Below, piece by piece: positions 20,158 to 30,634 of a stretch of 64,000 bases of DNA. Location: contig JADFYJ010000014.1 of the NCBI GenBank assembly GCA_015233115.1, positions 11,028 through 75,027 of the forward strand, given 5' to 3'. The notes beneath the pieces are model-generated. The model worked only from the letters and a program-made list of their open reading frames with translations. It ran no database searches and was not told the DNA's origin. Position 1 is the first letter of the stretch. Each line of letters opens with the position of its first letter. The position numbers and the translations under genes are program-made. Origin of the DNA: Candidatus Omnitrophota bacterium. GTDB lineage: Bacteria > Omnitrophota > Gorgyraeia > Zapsychrales > Zapsychraceae.

Positions 20158-20633
20158 AACGTTTAACCAAGTCTCAGTTTGACACCATTCTTGCCCTGGT
20201 GGCGAGCTTATCCGTTATTCTGATCGACCGTTTTACAAAAATAGTATTTTCAAAGTTTTTGTCTTTAGGTGAATCATGGCCCGTCTGGCGTAATGTCCTT
20301 CACATGACCCTGGTTCATAATACGGGTATTGCTTTTGGTTTTTTTAAAGACCACGGAGTTGTCTTTATCATTATCCCGTTGATCGCAGTGGCCCTCCTGA
20401 TTTATAATATTTTTTATTACCGTCAAAATAATGAAGCTTTGAGCCGGGGATACATTGTTGGTTTTTCTTTGATCTTGGGCGGAGCGATCGGGAATTTGAT
20501 TGACCGGATTTTTTACGGTTATGTGATCGATTTTATCGATTTCAGGGTTTGGCCGGTTTTTAATATCGCCGACAGCGCTATCACTATCGGCGCAGTGATT
20601 ATAGTATTGAAATGTTTGAGAACGAGTGAATAA
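20154..20633 (+). CDS. lspA: Lipoprotein signal peptidase II
   Basis: NTGIAFG, GGAIGNLIDR, VIDFI, FNIADSAI. Confidence 0.96.
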   Translation: MKRLTKSQFDTILALVASLSVILIDRFTKIVFSKFLSLGESWPVWRNVLHMTLVHNTGIAFGFFKDHGVVFIIIPLIAVALLIYNIFYYRQNNEALSRGYIVGFSLILGGAIGNLIDRIFYGYVIDFIDFRVWPVFNIADSAITIGAVIIVLKCLRTSE

Positions 20634-20640
20634 AATGCGA

Positions 20641-20835
20641 GTATGTCGTATGTAGTATGTGGTATGTCGTGAAAAGCGATTGATGAGAAAATTAAAAAAA
20701 CGCTAAATTATAAAATCGAATAAGAAAATATTGTTATATCGTTTGAGAGGCGCGGTTACGATCTTTTCTAAATATTATTTATTTTTTCCGCGTTTTTTGT
20801 TTTTTTCTACATACTACATACCACATACGACATAC
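20641..20835 (+). repeat. Intergenic element with inverted heptamer arms (GTATGTN / NACATAC)
   Basis: 29-nt arms, 26/29 complementary; AAAAGCGATTGATG after the left arm. Confidence 0.88.
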
Positions 20836-20856
20836 CTAAATTAGGATTAATTTAAC

Positions 20857-21759
20857 ATGTCCCCAATTTATAAAATTTCCGAAGACTCTGCCCAGAAACG
20901 TTTGGATGTTTTTCTGACCGAAATGTTGACGGAAATTCCTTCCCGGTCGCTTATCCAAAAATTAATAGATAACGGCCACGTCAAGGTTAATGAACATCTC
21001 ACTAAACCCGGGCACAAGCTTCGAGAGGGTGATGATGTCTGGGTCGAAATACCTGATGATTTTTTTTCTGCCCGTTATGCTGCGCCGGAAAATCTGCCTT
21101 TGGATGTTTTTTATGAAGATGAAAGTTTTTTATTGATCAATAAAGCGTCTGGGATGACTGTTCATCCGGGAGCTAACTGCTCTGCCGGTACTGTGGTGAA
21201 TGCTTTATTGTTTAAAGAAATAGAACTTTCTGCGAGTGATGATGAAATGCGGCCGGGGATTGTGCACCGTTTGGATAAAGACACGTCAGGATTGCTTTTG
21301 GTTGCGAAAGACAATATCGCGCACGCGAAATTGGCTAAACAATTTGAACGGCACTCGATCCGCAAAAATTATATCGCTTTGGTTGAAGGGGAAGTGTCGT
21401 TTGATGAAGGAAAAATTGATCAGCCTTTAGGACCGCATCCGCGGGATCATGAGAAACGAGCTGTCCGGCAGGATGACAAGGGAAAAGATTCTGTGACGTA
21501 TTACAAAGTCATTAAACGGCATCAAGGCGTGAGTTTAGTGGCGTTGTACCCTCATACCGGACGCACTCACCAATTGCGTGTGCATATGGCGTATTTAAAA
21601 CATCCCATTTTAGGAGACGAAAAATACGGCCGCCGTAATACTTTTCCCCGTTTGGCCTTACATGCTATGTCCATCGGATTCCAGCATCCCCGCACCAACC
21701 GTTACGTAGAATTTTCCTCAGTCCCGCCCGTGGAGTTTCTTGAAAAGGTAGGACTGTAA
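20857..21759 (+). CDS. rluD: RluA/RluD family 23S rRNA pseudouridine synthase
   Basis: N-terminal S4 domain (RLDVFL), GIVHRLDKDTSG, TGRTHQLRVH. Confidence 0.92.
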   Translation: MSPIYKISEDSAQKRLDVFLTEMLTEIPSRSLIQKLIDNGHVKVNEHLTKPGHKLREGDDVWVEIPDDFFSARYAAPENLPLDVFYEDESFLLINKASGMTVHPGANCSAGTVVNALLFKEIELSASDDEMRPGIVHRLDKDTSGLLLVAKDNIAHAKLAKQFERHSIRKNYIALVEGEVSFDEGKIDQPLGPHPRDHEKRAVRQDDKGKDSVTYYKVIKRHQGVSLVALYPHTGRTHQLRVHMAYLKHPILGDEKYGRRNTFPRLALHAMSIGFQHPRTNRYVEFSSVPPVEFLEKVGL

Positions 21760-21838
21760 AGAGTGACAAAGTAACCGAGTAACAGAGTACGCCGCATGCA
21801 GGAGCTCTCGGCATTACTCGGACATTGCGTCCTTGGTC

Positions 21839-21973
21839 GTAGGGGCGATCTCCCGATCGCCCGTAACAAAAGTATCGTTTTTTGTTTTTTAAAATTGATA
21901 TTTTGAAACAATTTTTAAACGGATGACGGTAAAGCGACAATTTTGAAGCGGGAGATCTGGAGATCTCCCCTAC
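21839..21973. repeat. Inverted REP doublet (REPIN-like), family A
   Basis: GTAGGGGCGATCTCCCGATCGCCC at 21839-21862; inverted variant GGGAGATCTGGAGATCTCCCCTAC at 21950-21973. Confidence 0.88.
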
Positions 21974-22155
21974 GAAAAATGTGGATATTTTGTCAAAAAA
22001 TGCTCGTTTTTGCGGCGATTCACAAATCGTTTTTAAAACAAAGCGAAAATCCGGATAAATCTTCTTTATTAATTGCAAATTTCAAATATAATAAGTTTAG
22101 TTTAAATGCGTATATTATTTATTTTTGCTATGTTATTTTTTTTAGGGGAGATCGT

Positions 22156-23025
22156 ATGGGACAAAATGATACAAAAAATTCTTCGGGCCGGATACTCGTC
22201 ATATTTTTGGTGATCGCTGCTGTATTATTGACGTCGTTGGCCGCGATATCCACCTTTTTATTCCAGAAAGAAGTCGAAAAACGTAAAAGTACTGAAGCGT
22301 CTTTGAATCAATATTTGAAAGACCGGGCGACTGTTGAGAAAGATTTGGAACAGTTAAAAAAAGAAAAACAGGTTTTACAGGATAAAAATAAAGAAGCGGA
22401 TGACAAGATTAACGGATTATTGGATGAATTGGAGTTGCAGGAAGGGCTCCGTAAAGAAATAAAAAATGAAAGCGCCACGCTGAGAGAACAACTCGATACC
22501 GCGAAAAAAGAAACAGATAAATTGAACGCGAAGATTGCTGAATTACAGGACGTTAATCAGAAGTATGATGAACTGAAAAATAATTTTGATTCGCAGAAGA
22601 AACAAAAAGATGATTTAGAAAATCAGATGAAGATGACTAATGAACGTACCCGTAAAATGGAAAGTAATTTAGTTGAGTTGGAACGGAAAATTTTAGAGTA
22701 TGACCCGAATTATAAGCCGTCTTCACCTTCCGTCGCGAAAACTGTAAAGGGTGAGCAGGTGGTTTTGGATACGATCGTGGTTGGAACGCAAACTGTGCCT
22801 GAAGGACGTGTTTTAGCCGTGGACACAGACGCGGAATTTGTGATCCTGAATTTGGGTGAAAAAGACGGAGTTAAAGCCGGCACGATCATGTCTGTGTACC
22901 GCGGCAAGGATTACTTAGGCGATGTCAAGATCACCCGCGTTCAGCCGGAAATGTCCGCCGCTGATTTTCTCCCTCCATTCTCTAGTAAACTGGTTCGCAA
23001 GAATGATCAGGTAGTTTTAAAATAA
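22156..23025 (+). CDS. Membrane-anchored coiled-coil protein with small C-terminal beta domain
   Basis: One TM, long heptad region, C-terminal FVILNLGEKDGV..YRG..G beta module; GGGGAG RBS before ATG 22156. Confidence 0.75.
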   Translation: MGQNDTKNSSGRILVIFLVIAAVLLTSLAAISTFLFQKEVEKRKSTEASLNQYLKDRATVEKDLEQLKKEKQVLQDKNKEADDKINGLLDELELQEGLRKEIKNESATLREQLDTAKKETDKLNAKIAELQDVNQKYDELKNNFDSQKKQKDDLENQMKMTNERTRKMESNLVELERKILEYDPNYKPSSPSVAKTVKGEQVVLDTIVVGTQTVPEGRVLAVDTDAEFVILNLGEKDGVKAGTIMSVYRGKDYLGDVKITRVQPEMSAADFLPPFSSKLVRKNDQVVLK

Positions 23026-24293
23026 TGAACTTTGTAGTAAAACCTATCTCAGGTCTTAAGGGCGAGGCAAATTGCACGGCCTCCAAATCCTATTCCATCC
23101 GCGCGTTTATGATCGCCGCTTGCGGAGGCTCATCTGTAATTATTTCCCCTTCCAATTCTAATGACGCTAAAGTTGCTTTAAAAATTGCTTTGGCTCTTGG
23201 TTCAAAAGTTAAGCATGCGGGCGATGCTTTTGAAATTCAAGGAGGAATACTTCCTTTAAAGCAACATTCGATTTGTGTGGATGAATCCGGAACAGTACTA
23301 AGGTTTTTACTTCCGTTGTTGGCGCTGCATGATCAAAAGATAATTGTCGATGGCATTGGCACGTTGGTCGGGCGGCCTAATACTTTTTTAATTAAAACTC
23401 TTCAGGATATGGGTGTGGCCATTAAGGGCGCCGGCGCAAAACATAGTGTGCCAATTCATCTCAATGGCGGGGTTATGTCCGGAGGGAAGGTCACCATCGA
23501 TGCCAGTATCAGTTCACAATTTGTTTCCGCGCTGTTGATTGCCTGTCCCCAATTACCGAACACGACCCGGCTTAAATTAATCGGTCATTTGGTGTCCGGC
23601 GATTATATTACCATGACTTTGCAAATGCTTAAGCGCGCAGGGATTAAAATCGAGGTAAAAAGTCCGCGGGAATATGTGATTCCCGGAAATCAAAAATTTA
23701 AAGGTCTTAAAAAATTTCATGTTCCGTCAGATTATGGCTTGGCCGCGTTTTTGATGGGAGCTGCCGCGCTGCTTCCGTCGAATATAACTTTAAAAGGATA
23801 TTTTGACGATAGTTTGGTGCAGGCCGATGGGCATATTATTTCATTTTTAGAACATATGGGCGTGAAAATCGTTCGCTCACAAAAAGCCATTAAAATTAAA
23901 GGCCCGTTTGAATTAAAGGCGGATGATTTTTCACTGAAGGAATGTCCTGACTTGGTACCGATTATGGCAGTATTGGCGCTGTTCGCTAAAGGCCCAACGC
24001 GTCTTTTTAACATTGAACACGCGCGCGTCAAAGAATCAGACCGGATTTCGGATTTGCGGCAGGAATTATTAAAAATTGGCGCGGATGTGAGAGAAACCAA
24101 AAATGAATTGTTTATTTATCCTCGAGAAGAGTATAAAACCGGGGCAATCTTAGACCCGCATAATGACCATCGTTTAGCTATGGCCTTCTCCGTATTAGGC
24201 TTGAGAATAGGCTGTACAGTTCAAAATATTGAATGCTCTCATAAGTCATATCCGGGGTTTGTTAAGGATTTGAGGGTATTGATGAAACAATAG
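23025..24293 (+). CDS. aroA: 3-phosphoshikimate 1-carboxyvinyltransferase (EPSP synthase)
   Basis: SKSYSIRA, ESGTVLRF, SSQFVSALL, RVKESDRI, DHRLAMAF, KSYPGF. Confidence 0.96.
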   Translation: MNFVVKPISGLKGEANCTASKSYSIRAFMIAACGGSSVIISPSNSNDAKVALKIALALGSKVKHAGDAFEIQGGILPLKQHSICVDESGTVLRFLLPLLALHDQKIIVDGIGTLVGRPNTFLIKTLQDMGVAIKGAGAKHSVPIHLNGGVMSGGKVTIDASISSQFVSALLIACPQLPNTTRLKLIGHLVSGDYITMTLQMLKRAGIKIEVKSPREYVIPGNQKFKGLKKFHVPSDYGLAAFLMGAAALLPSNITLKGYFDDSLVQADGHIISFLEHMGVKIVRSQKAIKIKGPFELKADDFSLKECPDLVPIMAVLALFAKGPTRLFNIEHARVKESDRISDLRQELLKIGADVRETKNELFIYPREEYKTGAILDPHNDHRLAMAFSVLGLRIGCTVQNIECSHKSYPGFVKDLRVLMKQ

Positions 24294-24329
24294 AAATCAG
24301 AATGGGGGTATTTGGACATTATTTATTCA

Positions 24330-24358
24330 TTGGAAATCTCTCAAATATATGGTAAAGT
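24330..24358 (+). promoter_or_regulatory. Possible promoter for a leaderless hicB-hicA transcript
   Basis: TTGGAA, 17 bp, TG-n-TAAAGT, ending 6 nt before ATG 24365; no SD sequence. Confidence 0.35.
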
Positions 24359-24364
24359 TAAAGT

Positions 24365-24574
24365 ATGAATGAATTAATTTTTGAAATCACACAAGAAAAT
24401 GACGGCGGATTTGTGGCTGAATGTTTGACAGAATCAATTTTCACCCAAGCTGATACATGGGAGGAGTTGAGAAAACAGGTTATAGACGCCGTTCACGGAT
24501 ATTTTTTTGACCAACCTAAACCCGAAGTGATCCATTTGCATTTTGTCCGCGATGAGATTCTTGCTACAGCATGA
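24365..24574 (+). CDS. Short HicB-like antitoxin (no DNA-binding domain)
   Basis: ELIFEITQENDGGFVAECLTESIFTQADTWEELR is a partial RNase H-like HicB fold; ATGA overlap with hicA. Confidence 0.75.
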   Translation: MNELIFEITQENDGGFVAECLTESIFTQADTWEELRKQVIDAVHGYFFDQPKPEVIHLHFVRDEILATA

Positions 24575-24810
24575 AAATACCACGCAATTTAAATGGCCGC
24601 GCTTTAGCTCAATCACTTTGTCAGCATTGGAAATATCTTCAGGTGCATCAAACCGGCAGTCATATCATTTTGGATACAGAAGAACCGTTTCACCAGCGTA
24701 TAGCAATTCCTGCCCATGAAAGCCTACGGATAGGCACACTTAATCATATTTTAAAGTCTGTAGCGAATCATAAACGGATTAATCGTCAAGAAATCCTTGA
24801 CAAGTTGTAA
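24571..24810 (+). CDS. hicA: HicA family mRNA interferase toxin
   Basis: GSH catalytic motif (QTGSHIIL), IPAH, LRIGTLNHIL. Confidence 0.88.
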   Translation: MKIPRNLNGRALAQSLCQHWKYLQVHQTGSHIILDTEEPFHQRIAIPAHESLRIGTLNHILKSVANHKRINRQEILDKL

Positions 24811-24891
24811 TCTTACATATATTTTAAATCTTCCCAGTAAAGAAAGTCAGAGGCTATATTTAAAATAAATTTTACTTAAAATACACAATAG

Positions 24892-25899
<1,008 letters not shown>

Positions 25900-25927
25900 G
25901 TTTGAGGTTTAATAAAAAGGGGACGAT

Positions 25928-25984
25928 AAAAAGGGGGACGGAGCCCTATTTCGAAATACGAAATAGGGCTCCGTCCCCCTTTTT
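25928..25984. terminator. 26-bp perfect inverted repeat between convergent genes; likely bidirectional terminator or REP-like palindrome
   Basis: AAAAAGGGGGACGGAGCCCTATTTCG, loop AAATA, CGAAATAGGGCTCCGTCCCCCTTTTT; A and T tracts on the two ends. Confidence 0.75.
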
Positions 25985-25998
25985 TCTCCCCCTTTTTT

Positions 25999-27633
25999 CT
26001 ATTTCCTACTCTTATCCGTCACCCAGAATTCCATATATTTGCCGAACATCAAGCGGGTCTGCGCGTCGAGGGCGGGGAGGGCGCTTAAGCCTACTAGGAC
26101 AAAAGGAATGGTTAGCCATTCCAGGATATGGCCTAGTTTTTTCTTCCAGGGTTTTTCCCCTTCCGGGTCCGGGAGCATCGCGATCGACAGGGCAGTCGAT
26201 ATAAATAAGGAAATGGTAGATAATTGAAATATGGTCTGCGCGATGTGCGGTTCGTTGTAATAAATGACTGAATGCGCAAAACGGTGCCCGGCAATGAGGG
26301 CAGGAAGCCAACTCATCGTTGTTAACAGAAATCCCCACGTGGCCCAGGACACATGATCTTCCAGCATTTTAAATCCATGACGGATTTTATTATAAAGAGA
26401 AATGTTGGGGCTTTGCATAAAACCTCGAATAAGAATGGGAAAATTTTCTGCTCCGTAAGCCCAGCGTCGTCTTTGTTTATAAATATTTTTCATGGTTTTA
26501 ACCCAGTCTTCCGCGACGGTCGCGTCCATGGACAGCGTGGCATAGATCGGCATGACCTGATATTTTCCTTCATAAAATAAATAAGCTTTCCAGAAAATAG
26601 CTGAGTCGTCGGATATCATATCTCTCGGCCAATATCCGATTTCAACTAAAGCTTTAAAACTCATACTATGACTTGAAAATGTGACCAGTTTTTCCGGGTT
26701 AGTGGATTCGATGAGCTGGAAAAACGAAGATCCGGTTTCCATAACGCGGGAAAAGGGCGGGACATTCCAAATATTATTGTGGTATACGGGAATAGGCTGA
26801 TAACTAGTATGGTCGCGATCCGGGCTGGTCATGAAAGAATAGGTCAGGGCGGAGAAATATTTTTTGTCGACGACCGTGTCCGCATCAAAACAAGAAACCA
26901 CGACCTGGCTAAAGTCGATTTTTTTCTTCTCTAAATATTGGGAACAATGTTCAGCCGCGTATGAAGCATTGGCGCCTTTAACCCGGGCTTCGCCCGGCAA
27001 TCCAGCCGGATGAAAAATAACCAGGAAATCCATGAAATGGGTTTTATATTCTTCTTGCAGTCTGAGCGCCGCTTCTTTTGTCGCTGAGGGGGCTCGTTCT
27101 TCAACGGCGAATACGATCAACATTTGATGAGTGGAAAATTCTTGCTCAGCTAAAGACACAATCCCTGGACGAATAATTTCTTCACCTTCTTTGGCGGCTG
27201 GGATGATGACCACATGGTAGATGTCAGATGATAAAGGCGGTAGGGATTTGCACTGCATTAATTTTTTTAAATTGTTTTTATGGATTCCGACAGAAATAAA
27301 ATCATTGAACGACGCGGATTCGAAAGCATTTTTAAAAGTCAGATGTTGATGCAGATCGTCAATTTCTTTAATGCGTTTAAGCCATTCGGTTTTACGTTCA
27401 ATATTAAAGCGCAAATAGGAGATCGTCAGTAGGATTGTTAAATAGATCAGCCGGATAAACCAAAAAAATATTAATGCGATCGCGATAATAGAAGCGCGTA
27501 AAGGATCGAAAATCGAGAGAAACAGGATTCCCAGGAGAATTGACCAACTGCATATTCCGGGTAGAATTTCCAAAAATCGTTGAAGCCGTTTTTCTTTTTC
27601 GCTTAAATTTGATTTAGAATAATTAAAAGACAT
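25999..27633 (-). CDS. Membrane-embedded family 2 glycosyltransferase (processive type)
   Basis: FDADT (DxD), ISDD, QRRRWAYG (QxxRW); TM helices at both ends. Confidence 0.85.
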   Translation of the reverse strand: MSFNYSKSNLSEKEKRLQRFLEILPGICSWSILLGILFLSIFDPLRASIIAIALIFFWFIRLIYLTILLTISYLRFNIERKTEWLKRIKEIDDLHQHLTFKNAFESASFNDFISVGIHKNNLKKLMQCKSLPPLSSDIYHVVIIPAAKEGEEIIRPGIVSLAEQEFSTHQMLIVFAVEERAPSATKEAALRLQEEYKTHFMDFLVIFHPAGLPGEARVKGANASYAAEHCSQYLEKKKIDFSQVVVSCFDADTVVDKKYFSALTYSFMTSPDRDHTSYQPIPVYHNNIWNVPPFSRVMETGSSFFQLIESTNPEKLVTFSSHSMSFKALVEIGYWPRDMISDDSAIFWKAYLFYEGKYQVMPIYATLSMDATVAEDWVKTMKNIYKQRRRWAYGAENFPILIRGFMQSPNISLYNKIRHGFKMLEDHVSWATWGFLLTTMSWLPALIAGHRFAHSVIYYNEPHIAQTIFQLSTISLFISTALSIAMLPDPEGEKPWKKKLGHILEWLTIPFVLVGLSALPALDAQTRLMFGKYMEFWVTDKSRK

Positions 27634-27772
27634 GTTGGTTGATGGTTTTTGGTTGTTGGTTTTTGGTTGTCATCCCCGAGTGCTTCAATCGGGGATCCAG
27701 TAATAAAATTTTTCGTTTTTTTAACAGCCAATCGTTTTTTGTTTGACCGATCACCTTTCACCTATCACTTTT
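27634..27772 (-). repeat. Intergenic element on the - strand with family C REP hairpin
   Basis: In transcription direction: GTGATAGGTGAAAGGTGA, AAAAACGATTGG, GGATCCCCGA..TCGGGGATGAC hairpin, (AACCAAA/AACCAAC)n, ATG; related copy at 29236-29291. Confidence 0.8.
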
Positions 27773-29218
27773 TTACGGCAATATATCAATCACGTTAAGT
27801 TGTTGGTTTTTGTCATCTAAATAAAATAATTTTTGGGCTCGGTCTGAATAAACAATCGGGCTTTCAGTCGTGGTAATTAAAGAGATATCCCGATTATACA
27901 TGAGTTCAGTATCTGTTAAATTGACTTTTGAGCCGTCTTTAAAAAGTATTTGGGATCCCCGATTCACGAGAAAGGCTTGCGTGATATCACTGCCATTTTC
28001 AATAATCCATTTTACCGACGGACCAGTTTCAAATATGCCTTCTTTGCGGTTCTCAGTAAAATCAATGATTCCGATTTTATTTTGTGTCCATACCATGATT
28101 TGCCGTCCCTGATGGACTGGAAGGTAGCCTCGGCACCCTTGTTCGATCAGCATATACGGAAGATTGTTCCAAAGCAGTTGACCGTTTAGCCCAAGGAAAA
28201 CGACCATATTATCGTTTAAAATATCAATGTTATAATTTTGTTCATCTTGAAATTCTTTAGGTAATTGGTCCAGGTCGCCGGTCAGGGTTTCTGGTTTGAG
28301 CTGACGGTAATCAAATTTGTTAAAATGATTGCTTTGGTCAATGACAAAGATTTGGCGGCCGCGCAAGCCTGCCCCTTTAATGTTTTTGATAATTTGTGGG
28401 TATAAATTTTGATTTTTGATGTCTAACCGGGAGACAGTGTTATTATTTAAAGTGAAGATGTTGTCTTCATCATCATTCGACCAGAAAATTTTATCTGGAG
28501 GATTGGTAAATAAAGCGGAAATATCCGTAGAGGAGGTAAAGGACGCGGGCGTTGAGAGCGGGTCGACCCACGTATAAATTATTTTTTCAGGGTCAGTCGT
28601 ATTTCTAAGTTTTAGCAGAAAATGGGTACTTTCCGGCATGGTGAAGATATCTTCAAGTTCATTGGGAAATGGAGAAACTGGTGCATTAAATAAAGGATAG
28701 ATCTTTTCATTGCTCGCTGGGTTATCATTTTTGAGGTTAATGGAAAGAGCAGGGTTAGACCAACGATAAACAAATATTCCTTGAACAGTATTGTCTCCAG
28801 GTAAAAGGAGAAGGGCTTTTTCATCTACCGGAATAATTTTTTTAAACACGCGGGTGGTCACTATGCGTTTAGGCCAGACTTTGGGGATAAGCAGAATGTC
28901 TTCCAAAACAGAGGCTTGTCCTTCCATGACTGGAACTGTTTTTTTCCAAGGCATGAATTTATCAGCGGTGAGGGTAATTTCATATTCTCCTGTTTTGAGA
29001 TCCCGGAGAATGGTCGGGGTATGGGATGCATATAATTTTCCGTTTATATAAATTTTCGCGCCTGAAGGCAGGGATGAAAGACTAATAATTCCGGTTTTTT
29101 CAATTGGTTTCTGTGGGTGCACGACAATCCCCAAAGCATGGAAAATTATGATAGGACAAAGGATAAGATAAATGAGTGTAAAAAAATAAAATAAAATTTT
29201 ACGGAATTTAGATAACAT
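27773..29218 (-). CDS. PEGA-domain membrane-anchored protein, probable beta-propeller C-terminus
   Basis: N-terminal TM, then TGIISLSSLPSGAKIYING..TPT..L..GEYEITL PEGA signature. Confidence 0.8.
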   Translation of the reverse strand: MLSKFRKILFYFFTLIYLILCPIIIFHALGIVVHPQKPIEKTGIISLSSLPSGAKIYINGKLYASHTPTILRDLKTGEYEITLTADKFMPWKKTVPVMEGQASVLEDILLIPKVWPKRIVTTRVFKKIIPVDEKALLLLPGDNTVQGIFVYRWSNPALSINLKNDNPASNEKIYPLFNAPVSPFPNELEDIFTMPESTHFLLKLRNTTDPEKIIYTWVDPLSTPASFTSSTDISALFTNPPDKIFWSNDDEDNIFTLNNNTVSRLDIKNQNLYPQIIKNIKGAGLRGRQIFVIDQSNHFNKFDYRQLKPETLTGDLDQLPKEFQDEQNYNIDILNDNMVVFLGLNGQLLWNNLPYMLIEQGCRGYLPVHQGRQIMVWTQNKIGIIDFTENRKEGIFETGPSVKWIIENGSDITQAFLVNRGSQILFKDGSKVNLTDTELMYNRDISLITTTESPIVYSDRAQKLFYLDDKNQQLNVIDILP

Positions 29219-29430
29219 GAAATAATAAAATTGTCAGTTTTTGGTTGATGGTTTTTGGTTGTCATCCCCGAGTGCTTAAATAGGGGATCCCAAAATAACA
29301 TAGTTAATTTATCTATCCTTACCTTTTTATTATAAATGAAATCTGAGGCTTGCGCAACTTTAGTATATATTTCTTAATGTTCTGTAGGACCCCGGCATAG
29401 CCTCGGCCGATTTTTGCGTCTAAAAATCGT

Positions 29431-29459
29431 TTGACAGTAATTTTCTTTTAATATATTAT
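29431..29459 (+). promoter_or_regulatory. Sigma70 promoter of the mre operon
   Basis: TTGACA, 17 bp, TATTAT. Confidence 0.7.
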
Positions 29460-29520
29460 GGTAGCCACAATTTAAGTATTTAAATTCGTTTTAATGGTTC
29501 TCAAGTCAAAGGAAATACTG

Positions 29521-30594
29521 ATGTTACATAAATTATCCAAACTCTTAAAACGTTTATCCAATTGGGTGCTGGGCTTGTTCTCTAATGATATGGGTATTGA
29601 TTTGGGAACAGCTACGACCTTGGTTTATGTAAAAGGCGAAGGCGTAGTTTTGCGTGAGCCGTCAGTTGTTGCTATTGAAAAAGATACGAATCGGGTTATT
29701 GCGGTTGGAGAAGAAGCCAAAAAAATGTTGGGAAAAACTCCTGGTAATATCGTGGCAATCCGGCCGATGAAAGACGGCGTCATCTCGGATTTTGAGATTA
29801 CTGAAGCCATGTTACGTTATTTTATTAAGAAAGTTCATCCTCGCAGACATTTGGTTCGTCCGGCTATGGTTATCGCGATCCCCTCGGGTATTACAGAAGT
29901 AGAAAAACGGGCTGTCCGTGATTCAGCAGAGAGAGCCGGGGCTCGTTCTGTGGAATTGATTGAAGAACCTAAAGCTGCTGCCGCCGGAGTTGGTCTTCCA
30001 ATTGAAGAACCTGAAGGCAATATGATCATTGACATCGGTGGTGGTACCACAGAGTTTGCCGTAATTTCTTTAGGGGGTTTAGTGCATTCTAAATCGATCC
30101 GTATCGCTGGCGACGAATTAGACGGGGCAGTGATTGAATATTTGCGTAAAACATATAATTTAATGATTGGTGAACGTACCGCGGAAGAAATTAAAATTCG
30201 GATTGGATCAGCCTTTCCGCTGGAAGAAGAATTGACCATGGACGTTCGCGGCCGTGATTTAATATCCGGACTTCCTAAAACTATTTCTGTGACTTCGGTT
30301 GAAATTCGGGAAGCTTTGCATGATCCTGTTCAAGCTATTGTGGATGCCGCTAAATCGACTTTGGAACAAACGCCTCCAGAGTTAGCCGCGGATTTAATTG
30401 ACCGGGGTATTGTGTTAGCGGGCGGAGGGGCTTTATTGCGGGGTATTGATAAACGTATAGCTGAAGAAACAGGTTTGCCAGTTCACATTGCGGATGATCC
30501 ATTGATTGCCGTAGTTATGGGGACAGGCTACGTTTTAAACATGCCGGCACGTTTACGTCGCCGTATGGTTGTTCAGACGAAACTTGATTTTTAA
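29521..30594 (+). CDS. mreB: Rod shape-determining protein MreB
   Basis: [47 protein letters not shown]; exact start uncertain (29494 or 29521). Confidence 0.97.
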   Translation: MLHKLSKLLKRLSNWVLGLFSNDMGIDLGTATTLVYVKGEGVVLREPSVVAIEKDTNRVIAVGEEAKKMLGKTPGNIVAIRPMKDGVISDFEITEAMLRYFIKKVHPRRHLVRPAMVIAIPSGITEVEKRAVRDSAERAGARSVELIEEPKAAAAGVGLPIEEPEGNMIIDIGGGTTEFAVISLGGLVHSKSIRIAGDELDGAVIEYLRKTYNLMIGERTAEEIKIRIGSAFPLEEELTMDVRGRDLISGLPKTISVTSVEIREALHDPVQAIVDAAKSTLEQTPPELAADLIDRGIVLAGGGALLRGIDKRIAEETGLPVHIADDPLIAVVMGTGYVLNMPARLRRRMVVQTKLDF

Positions 30595-30634
30595 TTACCT
30601 GTCACTAATTATTTAAGAAATAGGTTGTGTTGAT

